Shown: piece after piece, positions 41,213 through 54,074 of the stretch
Position numbering within the stretch: position 1 is the first letter of the stretch
Layout: each line of letters opens with the position of its first letter
Assembly: GCF_003918875.1 (NCBI RefSeq)
Contig: NW_025765333.1
Span: 62,001-126,000, forward strand
Direction of reading: 5' to 3'
Origin: Haliotis rubra
Lineage: Eukaryota
Length of the DNA stretch: 64,000 bases
The notes under the pieces: model-generated
Databases searched by the model: none
What the model saw: the letters and a program-made list of their open reading frames with translations, nothing else
What the model was told of the DNA's origin: nothing
Program-made: the position numbers and the translations under genes

Positions 41213-41604
41213 ATGAAACAATTAGGAACACACAGCTATATATGTACATGTTAAAAGTTGACATCTATAAAATTCTTGCCTTTACTGTTTCCTCCTTTGG
41301 GATTTTAGGTCTTTAGTAGCAATAAGTACACACAGGAGCAATTAACAGACATAACTGTTGTTGTTCTCAAAAGTTCATGCATAGTTATAAAATTCTGTTG
41401 TTTTCTAGTTTCAGTCGAAACTTTTGTAAACTGTAAACGGAAGCACATTCTAGTTGCACAGCATCTGGCTCTCAATAAATATTCAACAGTTACACACTGC
41501 CTATGTTTCATATCTGATTCTCCTTGTTAAACCAACAATAAAGAATAAAAAAGTATAGGTTATAAGGAAAGTATTTTAATATCAAACAAAAGAAAACTAC
41601 ATCA

Positions 41605-42255
41605 AAAGTAGAACATGTAAACAACAGCTCATTGAGTATCATAGAAAAGGTACCTCATCTGTTTGTGTAAACAATTTCACAGTAGAATATGTACATAATA
41701 TATTAACTATTTGAATATTATAGATAAGAAAGCTGCGTCTGATTGTGTAAACAATTTCACAGTAGTATATGTACATAATAACTAGTTGAATATTATAGAT
41801 AAGAAAGCTGCGTCTGATTGTGTAAACAATTTCACAGTAGAATATGTACATAATAACTAGTTGAATATTATAGATAAGAAAGCTGCGTCTGATTGTGTAA
41901 ACAATTTTACAGTAGAATATGCAAACAATAGCTCTTTGAATATACTAGAAAAGGAAGCTGCCTTTGATTGTGTAAACAATTTCACAGTACAAAATGTAAA
42001 CAATAGCTCTTTGAATATACTAGAAAAGGAAGCTGCATCTGATTGTGCAAATAATTTCACAGTAGAATATTTGCATAATAACTTTTAATATTATAGATAA
42101 GGAAGTGGCACCTGATTGTGCAAATAATTTCACACTAAAATATGTAAACAATAGGTCTTTGAGTATAATAGATAAGTAAGTTGCTTCATATTATGGAAAC
42201 AATTTCACAGTAGAATATGTAAACAGCAGTCAATTGAGCATCATAGATAAAAACC
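41605..42255. repeat. 75-bp minisatellite, ~8.5 units, downstream of EGF copy 4
   Basis: GATTGTG landmarks at 41741, 41816, 41891, 41966, 42041. Confidence 0.9.
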
Positions 42256-43525
42256 TTTTAACTGACTGCAAAACATTCCACAGTAGAATTTGAAAAGAAT
42301 AACTTCCTTGATATCTCAGTAACACCCCATGAAATAGAACGGATTTTCATCAAACGTCAAGCGCAACTACGAAATGTCTTGACCTCAAGAAACACCCACC
42401 AAAAGAAAACTGGAAGCTGGTATATACATGTGGAATGACTTCATATGAATATGCTTGGGAGATTGATACATTCTTTGAGCTCTGTGACAGATTCTCAACA
42501 TTGATATTTTAAATAATTCAATTAGTTTCCGCAATTTAGAATCTTGCTAAAAATAAAGCCACTGGACTCGATCACGTTGACACGATTATTTTATCCAGCC
42601 CTAACTGATTTCATTAACTTCATACTTACTTCTGGATTTGTACCAGCCTGGTGACTGAAGGGTATAATCTGACCGATATGGAATGCTATGATATAAATTG
42701 CTAAATTAGGGTATATATGGTAAATTTCTTAATTTAGTAAAGAACATGTACCAGAGTGTACTGTTCTGATATCTTTGCATTTGGAAACGCTCACTACAAA
42801 ATTTCTTAAACTGGCATTCAAAACCAAACTGTATTATTTATGGAAAACTCAGATTGGAACCCCTCTATATAAAACATGTACAAACGTGTTATTCTATTCT
42901 GGCATAAAATGGCAAATCATACTAAAACTAAAAAACACTGAAAAAATACCATGTACAACATTTGTAAGACAATGTCAAACAACTGTGGAATCGGTGAAAT
43001 ATTTGTGTTCTTCATCATGGTTAGCGTTAAAAGATTAAACAATATTGAAAGACCAGTTCCTCTACAGACTGATTAACGTGTGTGTACTATAAGATGGTAC
43101 ATAAGGAAATGTCACTTTGAAAAATACCTTTATCTACCTAAAAACGGCAATCTCGATAAAAGTTGAAAAATGTTCATCCAGTACGTGAGTAAAAATATAA
43201 TTCATTCATATTTCATCGAAACTCTCATCTCTATTGTTTGCCCTATACCCCTGCCATCTTGATCTTATAATAATATGTGAATTGATAATCCACATTTTTC
43301 TCATGTACCACCGTTGATGTCCTTTTTTGAAAATCTACAAACTGCCAAAACATGCCAAGTAAGTTCCGCAATCATTCGTCAAAACATCACAGAAGGATTT
43401 GCTTCAGGAAGGATTAAACAACTCGCTCAACTTTGCATGCTTATAGAATAATCTCCTAATCATAACATCTGGTGTGCTGAAGTTAAAAACCTGGCAAAAG
43501 GAAAGTGGCATCGTTCCAAGCCAAG

Positions 43526-45707
43526 TTAACATGCATCTATTAATAACACCCGATTTGAGTGCATAGCAAGAAGAAGGGAACACAAAATATATGTGTAGGT
43601 GTGTAAGCAGCTTGAACCTGATGATATGTCGGTATGGCGATCTGTATGGGAGTCATCTCCTGAATCCGTCACTCGCTTGGTCAAACTGTTAGTCACACAG
43701 AGACCATTATCATCACATGTGTGGCAGCCACTGGGACATCGGAGTTGGCAATTCTCTCCTCTCCATCCTTCTGAACAATATCTGCATCTCCCATACTCGT
43801 CACATTCATCATCTTTACAGTTAGTACATTTCCTGTGGCAATGCTTTCCATGGTAACCCGTTACACAGTCGTGGGTACACGAACCATCTTGACTGGCACA
43901 CAGTGATTCCTTGCACGTTTTACTGCATGGCGTCAGACAGTGTTTGCCATGCCAACCAGACTTACAGCCATCTAAACAGGCACCATCATGACTGTAACAA
44001 CGAGACGAGTTGCAGGAGGTGCTGCACCGAGTGGCACAACGATGACCGTGCCATCCTACTTCACAACCCTCCAGACAGTTACCGGTATAACGATCACAGT
44101 GCCTGTGCCCATCCCTGCCTCTGTAGCACGTTTCAGGACAGTTGTGGTTGCACTGTCTTCCACGATAACCTGGACTACACTGTTCACATGTACCAGTTCC
44201 TCTGTCACAGCCAGTGGTATAACATTGAGGGCACGTTTTGTCACACATGTCTCCATAGAAACCCGACTTGCAGCCATGGAGACAATATCCGGTTGAGCTG
44301 CATCTAATACTAAGGCACGTATCACACGTTCTGTTGCAGTACTCTCCTGTCCAAGTTTCCTGACAGCCAAAGATACATCGACCGGTTTCTTTGTTACAGA
44401 CTTGATCCTTGCAGTGTACACCAGCCAATCCTCCGTCACAGGTTTCCGAACAAGCACCAGTATGGCGGTCACAGATATTCGTGACCGTTGTGATGCTCGA
44501 ACATCTTCTCGGACAGGCGACATTACAGTCTCGTCCATAATATCCTGGCTTGCATGTAAAACATTCCCCAGTGATTCTGTTACACCCGCCTGTGTGACAG
44601 TCATTACATGGGATGGTGCAGTTTGCTCCATAGCAACCAACGTCGCATGACTGACATCGTAGTCTACCGTTTCCATGTCGACATCCATCAGATAAGCATG
44701 AGACTGATCTAGCCAAACCTGCAATACCAAAATGTGAAGAAAGATATATATTTGCACGTATATATCTGAAGTTATAATGTTTTGAACAAAGTGAAGCTTT
44801 TATCGTCTAGTTACATTGATAGTCATCGACTTTGATATGAACATAGCTTATTGCCGTCGTCTTTGGAAGTAAAGCTACGCCCGAGACTTTGTATTGAAGT
44901 GTGAGTTGGCTCCTGTTCTTCATGTGAAAAACCGATTTCCATTTTGTCCCAATGTACGAACATTTTCCTAACATTCGAAAATAGCTGGATCCAATGATGC
45001 TATGTTTACACCTCGGGCATAGCAAACGTTCAATTGCTTTCAACGGCATTGCTTCATTGTATACTGTTAAAAAAGCAGAGACTATTCCATCCATAGGTGT
45101 TATTATTTAGGAACCAAGCTGTATGATTGTATGTGATTTAGAAAATGAATTTAGTGCAAAAACGTGTTTCATGGTGTGCACGCTAACATGGTTGGCGTAA
45201 ATCTACAACTTACTTTGGAACATGTCATTTTGTTGCTGTACATGTCAGTCATAAAAATCAAATTGAAAGTTGTTCTGACATTGTTTAAGTTCAATTTAAC
45301 GTTGTTTGTGAGGCGGCGTCTGTCACGTAAGGAACTGCTAGGGCAGCTGATGTGGTCGGAAATTGGAACAAGCATTTGGCAAGAGCTCTTACCGTTTCAT
45401 AGTCAGTAGTTTTCAGCTTAAAATCACAAAATCGATCTGGTCCAATCTTGGAAATGTAGATTCTGTCTTGGTTAATGATCAAGTCTGACAAGATACTTGT
45501 GATCCATGCATACCTATAGTAGGTCCTATACTATTGTTTGAGAAGGTTCGTACATGAGCAAACAAGGCTGGTTCAAGTATATGATATTACTGATCCACGA
45601 ACTGTAAGTGACACTAACACGAGTGGAATAGAGGATTTTAAATACATACCAACACAACGGCTAAGGTAAAGAAGTAGGAGGATGAGGAGTCTTTCCACTG
45701 ACATCAT
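43526..45707 (-). CDS. EGF-repeat (MEGF/SCARF-like) secreted or GPI-anchored protein, copy 4, intact, ~416 aa
   Basis: Exon 1 45707-45650 encodes MMSVERLLILLLLYLSRCV followed by G|GTATGT. Exon 2 44718-43526 follows TTGCAG and contains the 396-aa Cys-rich ORF. Hydrophobic C-terminus YTYILCSLLLAM. Confidence 0.88.
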
Positions 45708-46205
45708 TGACTGTTGTTTCCTGTCTTGTGTCTTGATTGATGACCGTCAGCCACTGGGTATACACTGTCCACGGGTTTTACAACTTCCCGGCCGACGTAG
45801 TAGTGAGCCATTCGAACGTCAAATAAACAACACACAGTATTTATATTTATGTGCAGAGTTCTGCATTGATGTAGACACACTGCTAGATTGTTCATTCGGT
45901 ATTTTGAAAATGTGCAGGTGACACAGGGTGAAACGGTACTTAGTAGATCATGGAACATGACTCCGTGAGCGACAAACGAGTACACATTGTCAAATTCACG
46001 TGTTTGCAAACAGCGCCACAACAGTCCTGGTCGTCTACGGTGAAGCATGTAAACTGGAGAATTGGGTTCTTAGTTCAACCACCAATGTTTAAACGTGTGA
46101 CGCATGTCGATCCTCCGCTTTTGTGTTTCTAGAAGTGTCGGCACCGTACACATGTTGTACAACTAGGTGTATTCTATTCATTTGAATAACTCACTGAAGT
46201 TTGTT

Positions 46206-49200
46206 GATAATGCTTCTAATGTTGATTGGCTACCGATATATTGTACAGCCCTGCTATCAAGTTATCCGAGTATGGAAGACCCGTCTGTGTATGTGTCAAC
46301 AAGTCACTGAGTAAAGCTTGTAAGTTGATAAAAACAGACATTGATAATTTTGTGTGTCTCAGTTTCACAACAGATATTTTCCTCACTCAAATATAAATTT
46401 ACTATGTACAAACATACCACCAGCGGGTTCGTCAAAATGTAACCTTGATCAAGTTGATAACTTTTTATTATTGTAATCTGGCGCAATTAAGTGATTCGCA
46501 TACATTGTTATATGGTGACATGAACGCTCGAACAGGTGTGAGCAATAACCCACAGGTTCCTGTCAATGATGATAGAAATATCAGCATTGGTGTTTTTGAA
46601 GATGATGATGATATCACAGTTGATAATCTAAAGTCACATGATACTCTCATTAATAAGTTCGGACAAAACCTGATAGACCTTTGTTATGCGTTTCAGCTAT
46701 TCATCGTTAATGGCTGAGTGTTCGGAGACGAACGAGGTGAATTTACTTTCATGTGACAACAAGGCAATAGTGTTCTAAAAATGCCACTCAAACAAGTTAA
46801 GGCATGGTGTTAATGACTATTTCATCTCTTCTCCTGACGTTTTTCAATATATCAGCAAGCTGAATAGAGGTGATCAATTAGAATCTGATCATTTGGCACT
46901 GGAACTAACCTGTAAATTTCCTTCCTTGAAAACGTCGAATCTTAATACATCGTTGGAAGGTTTACTTCATAAAATCATATGGAATGATGCTCTTTGTGAC
47001 AATATTTTGGAAAATCTAAAAACGAATTATGCTCGTGGAATTCAGACATTTTTAGATAAACTTGATGACGCAATTGATGATTTTAAATGCATGATTGTAG
47101 AGTCTGCTAGTTGCATGAAGAAACGTATAATGAAACATAGAAAACATCGTAGTGATTTAAACAGGAGACTCTACTGTAAGGAAAGAAATAGATACAAAAC
47201 CCTTTGTAGAAGATACAAATCAGACTTGCGTAAACGAAATGTTAATTAGAAAGACTTTGCAAATGAAATGGTTCACCACCAGCGTTTTGGAAACAAATAC
47301 GAAAATTCAAGAATAGACCAATCATTGGCAATAGAATTACTAAAACAGCATGGCTTGCTCATTTTAATTTTTTTTTTTAGAAATGATTCTGTCTTTAATG
47401 ATTCTTGCACAAGCACTGATATGCAAGATGATGCAATAAGTGTGACATTTGAAAATGATTCAGACCAAGAAGCACTTGTATTAGATTCAATCATTACAGA
47501 TCAGGAAATTTGTGAAGCGTTGGTGCACTTAAAAAACGGAACATCAGCTGGTTTGGACCAAGTTGTTGTAGAAATGTTGAAGTGTTCACAATCTGTCATT
47601 ATGCCGTTTAATAAGTTGTTCGAGACTGGTATATTTCCACGCAGTTGGGCAATGTCACTTATCATCCCTATGCATAAAAAGGGGGATTGTACAAACCCTG
47701 ATAATTACAGAGGTATTTCCCTCATGAGTACTCTTGGCAAATTTTTTAATACGGTTCTAAATAATCGACTATCAAAATGGGCAAATATGAAAGGTGTTAT
47801 TCCTAAATCGCAAGCAGGTTTTAGGAAAAAATACTCAACGCCAGATCATATATTTACACTACTGGCCCTAGTAGAAAATTGTTTATCTCGCCGTAAGCGG
47901 AAGTTATATGTTGCCTTTGTCGATTTTCGCAAAGCTTTCGATTCTGTTGATCGTTCAAAACTTTGGTACTGTTTACGTAATTCTGGCCTTACAGGGAGAA
48001 TGTACTTAGTTCTGAAAGCAATGTATGATAATGTGAAAGCATGCGTACGCTGCGGTGATGATTTAACTGAATTATTTGACTGCCCGATCGGCCTGAGACA
48101 AGGTTGTGTTCTCAGCCCCATCCTCTTTTCCTATAGTATTTTATCAATGAATTATACTACGAAATTATGGCAAACGGATAACATGGCGTCCAAATGTTTC
48201 CAGATCTAATAGAAATCTTAATACTATTATTTGCCGATGATCTTATTCTTCTATCAGAATCAGTTCTTGTTGACACAATTAAATATTTTAGAACGTTACA
48301 CAAAGACATGGAACCTATCCGTGAACCTTGATAAAACACATATAGTCATTTTCAGAAAAGGTGTCCCACTTGCGGTAAGAGAAAGATGGAGTTTCGATAA
48401 TCAACTTGTAACTGTAAGAAATCAGTATACATATCTTGGTTTTATGTTTAATACAATCATTAATTTGAAGAAAAAAAACCGGTTGCTGAACTAGCCCTGA
48501 GAGCAAAGAAAGCATCAATTAGTTTATTGTCAATTATGCCTAATTAAGCGTGTTGACGCCAAAAATATTTATTAAGTTATTTGATTCACAAATACAGCCT
48601 ATCTTACTCTACTCTATATGGGGATTCCAGCGTTTTGAAAGTATCGAAAATATACATCTATTAGCGTGTAAAACGTTTCTTTGTGTTGGTCAGTCAACAC
48701 CAACATGTATGGTATATGGCGAATGTGGGAGATATCCTTTGTATATCAATTCCTATATCGATACATAAAATACTGGCTGAAAATTATATGTATGCATGAA
48801 AATAGACTACCTAAAAAGGCTTACAATATGCTTGTTCATCTGCATGAGTTGGGTAAAGTAACATGGGCATCTCATGTAAGAAATCTCCTATTTTCTCATG
48901 GTTATGGTTTTGTGTGGCTAAATCAGTCATCTGGCAATGTGAATGTTTTTTGTACTAATTCCGAGAAACAGCTATCAATATATTTAATCAAGATTGGCAT
49001 TCAGTTTTAGATAATAGCTCACGATATGATCCCTATAGCATGTTTAAAACCCTTAACCAACGCGAAAAGTACCTATCACACTTAACATCCAAAAAGTTGA
49101 GAAATTCATTAATACGATTAAGATTAGGACTATCAAACTTAATGATTAATGAAGGAAGGCGTGTATCCATCGACAGATATACAAGAATTTGCTCATTGTG

Positions 49201-49505
49201 TAAATTATCCATTGAAAACGAAATTCATTGTTTTATTTGTCTGTCCATCTTAATAGATTTACGTAAATAATATATTCCTGAATGTTACCTCTCCAAGTCA
49301 CCTACTGGAGCATTTAAACAAATCCTGTCTACTTATGACACCTGTATTAACTTAAAACTATCACAATACAGCTACAATGCAATGTCCAAGCGTGATATCT
49401 GTCAAAATCATCTCTGTATTCAAATAGTCTGTGATTGTATAATGCATGCAACTCTAATGCATATGGGCCGGAGGCCTGAAATACAATAAACATCTTTGAC
49501 TTTTT
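46206..49505 (+). mobile_element. Degenerate LINE (APE + RT), RTE-X-like
   Basis: GDMNART (APE); NYRGISL, QAGFRK, FVDFRKAFDSV, GLRQGCVLSP, LFADD (RT); QPILLY, GECGRYP, C-terminal Cys/His finger; AATAAA near the 3' end. Flanks rejoin the sequence seen uninterrupted at ~21135-21150. Confidence 0.9.
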
Positions 49506-50604
49506 TGCACTCTACCAAATGGTGGCGAACTATCAGGGTTATTACACAAAACAAACGGGCATTGCCGGCCACGATCACCGGAAGCACATTGACTGTACAC
49601 AGTCGCATTCTATAAGTGGCAGATATCCATGACCATTGGTTCAACACATTCGCCCTATGCTCTTTCAAAATTTCAAAAATTAAGCCAAAAACAACAAAAT
49701 GACAAGGATTTTCATACCACCTAAGGTAAACATCGCCTTCATTATGAAAATGACCCAAGGGTTAATATGATAAAGACAGATTTTAGTCCAAAGAATTTGT
49801 TATCACCTACGGGTCCAAAACAAGCTTTGAGCTAATAGAAAATCCTGCACATTGCAGTATATTGTCAGTATATTATATTTCTACCGACCAAACCAAATCA
49901 CCTATCACACTGCACGTCTCAGTCACTATCATGGTTAAAAACATATCTGGTAGCATGTAACAACAATAAACATATTACATATACTGACTAAGTAAGGATG
50001 ACTAAGTAAGGTTTACTGAAAGATACCAGATAAACTATATAACAGAAAGGGTCAACGCCAGAGAATATTTTTTCGATTATCTTCCAAAAGGGATGCCTTC
50101 TGCCACAAAAGGGGAAAATGTGTGAATACCAAATGAATGGATCACTGGAAATAAGTAACTGTAACACTACAGTATATAGCGTCCTGTACAGCGTGCTGTA
50201 CGTAAAATGAACTTACAATTTATGCAAATCTTCCTCAGGTGACAAACTTACAATTTATGCAAATCTTCCTCAGGTGACAGTATTATATTATCATATGTTA
50301 TGAATCATGTATAGGAGCTAAATGTATTGCATAATCCGTCACGTCAAACAACGGTGTTCACTTTAACAATACAGCCTTCCCTGGTAAAAACGCCTAAATT
50401 TGTATAGGGAAGTTTGGGCATTTTTTACTCGGGTGGCGTGATAACCGGAGAGGACGCTCCACTCAGTCATATATGAATATATATACATTATTTGTTTCAT
50501 GTGGAGATCGTTGTCTATTTGTAACAGAAACAAACATGACATCCATGCTATTCGTGTAGTAATTTACAGCACGCTGTCAAACTGTCACTTCATTGTGGCT
50601 TAAA

Positions 50605-50832
50605 GAGTGAGTGAGTGAGTTTAGTTTTACGCCACACTCAGCAATATTCCAGCTATATGGTGGCGGTCTGTACACAATCCAGTGATCAACAGCATGAGCA
50701 TCGATCTGCGCAATTGAGAACCGGTGACATGTGTCAACCAAGTCAGCGAGCCTGACCACCCGATCCCGTTAGTCGCCTTTTACGACAAGCGTGGGTTACT
50801 GAAGGTACATTCTAACCCGGACCTTCACGGGT
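50605..50832 (-). mobile_element. V-domain-type SINE
   Basis: Reverse complement of the 11252-11521 family. Confidence 0.75.
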
Positions 50833-50986
50833 AGTGGCTTACAGAGGTTTGTTTGAATAGTATTAGAAAATGTTATAACAATTGCTTTATAGAGGGCAAT
50901 GTGTTTTTCAGTCATTTTGAGCCGGGCCCGTCAATTTTAAGAGGCAATAAATTTCCTACATCCGTTTGTGTTAGATCCGCCAAAGC

Positions 50987-51021
<35 letters not shown>

Positions 51022-51066
51022 CAATTATATAATATTCTATTTTATTCACAAACATATCACTATATC

Positions 51067-51944
51067 TACACTCTTCAAAAATAAGTTTTGAGAATATTGG
51101 ACTCATGTACCTGCCGCAAAGACAAAACAAATAATATACTATTTCCTTCCAAAACGCCTTGAAAAGAGGAAATCATCATGCCGCGACTGAGTGGCACCAA
51201 TCGAAACATCGCCATTGGCCGCCTTGAAGTTGGTGAGTCGCAGTCTATAGTTGCCCGACGTTTCTACGTTCATCAGAGCTTCATATCTCGCATTTGTGAA
51301 CGTTTCCTACAGACCAATTCCGCCCAAGATCACCCGATAACGATTTCGTCTTCACCAGCGAGACGGAAGACAGCGTGTTTACCGTCGGAGAAATTAAAGT
51401 TTTGTCCCTAATTGCATTCTACAGGTCGTCAAATTCGGTGGGGACAGTGTCATGATGTGGGGTGTGATATCCAGCACACAAAGATATGATTTAGTAGTAG
51501 TTCAGGGGAATTTGACAACAAATCGGTACATCAACGAAGTCCTTGCACTTCACATCCTTCTGATTATGGGTCGTCAGAAGGACCGTCAGAGGCTACTTCA
51601 CGTACAACACGCGTTACGGTCCGCTATCTTGCCAATTCCAGCGTCAGTGTCTTACCACGGCCTTCCTGATCACCAGACCTAAACCCGATAGAACACCTAT
51701 TGGATGATCTCAACCGACGTGTACATCAACGTCAAAACACGCCTGAGACTCTTCCACAATTTACTGGCCATCGCATTGCAGGAAGAGAGGGGAAGAACTA
51801 CGCAAGAGCGACTTCGTCAGCTTATGCAGTCCGTGCCAAGACGGTGCCGAGCAGTAATTGCTGCAAATGGTAAATAATGTCCCTTAAACTAACGCAATGA
51901 ATTCTTCTAAAAATGACATATGCGTTTCTATTTATGAGAGTGTA
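51067..51944 (+). mobile_element. Old, internally deleted Tc1-family element
   Basis: MPRLSGTNRNIAIG, VMMWG and PDLNPIEHL remnants. TIR-like ends TACACTCT..AAATA / TATTTATGAGAGTGTA. Confidence 0.85.
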
Positions 51945-51949
51945 TATAT

Positions 51950-52097
51950 NNNNNNNNNNNNNNNNNNNNNNNNNNNNNNNNNNNNNNNNNNNNNNNNNNN
52001 NNNNNNNNNNNNNNNNNNNNNNNNNNNNNNNNNNNNNNNNNNNNNNNNNNNNNNNNNNNNNNNNNNNNNNNNNNNNNNNNNNNNNNNNNNNNNNNNN
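51950..52097. other. Assembly gap
   Basis: Run of N. Confidence 1.
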
Positions 52098-52467
52098 TGC
52101 GACGAATATGTATAATATATATCCTTCCTGAAGCAGTTTGACAGTTAAAATAATCCTCAACAACCTTCTCCTTGCCAAAGAGAGGGGGTAATCAAATCGT
52201 CATCAGCACAATATATTTATTATATTGTTGATTTGGTATCTCCTTTCTATACTTTGTTATTTAATGTTTATTTCTTCCAACATACTAAAACTATATTGTA
52301 ACCTAATGAAATATCAACAAAATGTTCAGCCAGGTGGGAGCGCATCGTAATCAAACAAGAGTTTACAGCAAACAAAGCATCCATCGCGTATCCACCGATT
52401 AGGTTCCTTTAAATGTTACGAACGATAATTCAACCATTACGCTGCTAACAGCTGTATTTCCTGAAAA

Positions 52468-52635
52468 GGGGCGGTGGGGTAGCCTAGTGATTAAAGGGTT
52501 CGCTCGTCACGCCGAAGACCCGGGTACGATTTCCCACATGGGTACAATGTGTGAAGCCCATTTCAGGTGTCCCCCGCTGTGATATTGCTGGAATATTGCT
52601 AAAGCGGCGTAAACCTAAACTCACTCACTGCTCAC
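52468..52635 (+). mobile_element. Full-length tRNA-derived SINE
   Basis: Same family as 23725-23889; TSD TAT(T/A)TCCTGAAAA. Confidence 0.85.
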
Positions 52636-54074
52636 TATATCCTGAAAAATGCACGTATATTATTACACATCGTATTAGAAAACTGAAAATGTGAGAAGCG
52701 CCGATAAAATATAGATTTGTATTATGTTTCCTTTCAGAGAAAACTGCACGTGTGTTGAAGCAACGTTATTTTTGCACGTTCATCACAAGCTAAGGGTTTC
52801 CCTGTAAGTGCTTATTTTAAGGACAGCTAGGAATTGGTGAGAAAAATTGGAAATATATGACGCGAAGCTAAAATTAGAACTCCACAACAAAAGGACATTT
52901 TGTGTATAAGTACTGCCACGTCAAATGTCTATTGTATCAAAACGAAATTACCCATCTATTAATATCTACACATATACAAACCACGACCCTTAATAAGTAA
53001 CACGTCAGACAGGGACAAACAGCACAATAAAACAGTTGATTTAAAACAACACAGGATGCCAGTGTCAACACTGAGATATGCTGTATAGGTATGTATATGG
53101 TGTTGTAATAATAATAATACATGTAATTGATTTATAGAGCATTCTGGTACAGTGATGTAGACTGTGATAGATTGTTCTGATTATTAATAAGTTTTTCTTT
53201 GCTTTTGGTTGGATATTTTGAAAATGTGATTGGGACCCGACTTGAATCTGTAATGAGCGCATGTTGTTTTATTCCTCGATCGAGTCACAAGCAAACTGTA
53301 TCCTTTTGGCATTCAGTACACCTGGTTGTCGATTACATTATCAGTCTCGATTTAAGATGTTTGTTCACCATTCAGTTCCACGTTTACTACACTTGTGTGA
53401 TTACACAATATAATATATGCATAGGCACATGTATGTGCTTATACATACATATACATATATATATATACATCAACATACACATATATTTACTTACACGCTC
53501 ACACACACTCACCCACACTTACACGTATACACATATAAACAAGATACATTGTATATAGTTTGCTGCTAACCATATAAGTGTATGTTTGATACTTGTTTTG
53601 TAACTGATATCGATACAGATTAAGATTGTGCATTGGATAAGTGAGTGAATGTTGGTTTTCAGCATCATTTCAGCCATCTTGCCATAATGGAATAAACGAA
53701 TCCGGACCATAACTCCGTGAGTTAGGGTTCGTCCTCGTAACGTGTTGTAAACAGGGGCACGGCGCTGCCGTAGAAGGCATTGCCATTAGCCGTGCAGAGT
53801 TGTGTTCTTTGGCCACGCTGTAAGAATGGGACGGAGACCAGACAGTCACTTTGACCAAGCATAGTAACATGTGAAATAGCTATATCAAACGGGTTAAATT
53901 TGCCTCATTGTCCCATGTTGAAAGACGATCAGATTCAAAGTTCTATTTCGACAATACTTTTACGTTTCTAGTTTTGACGTTTATCATACGTCAGGAATAC
54001 TATTTCTCCAATTTTGTCAGAAAATATGTTTGAAGAATCTAAGTTTTCTAGATCTTTTCCTTGTTTCAGAGACG

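Larger units (their letters stand above)
39325..41565 (-). repeat. Right arm of diverged inverted duplication
   Basis: Reverse complement of 30395-32780. Confidence 0.85.

Noticed and set aside
50209-50279. ~36-bp tandem duplication
   Set aside because: Simple local duplication with no further structure.
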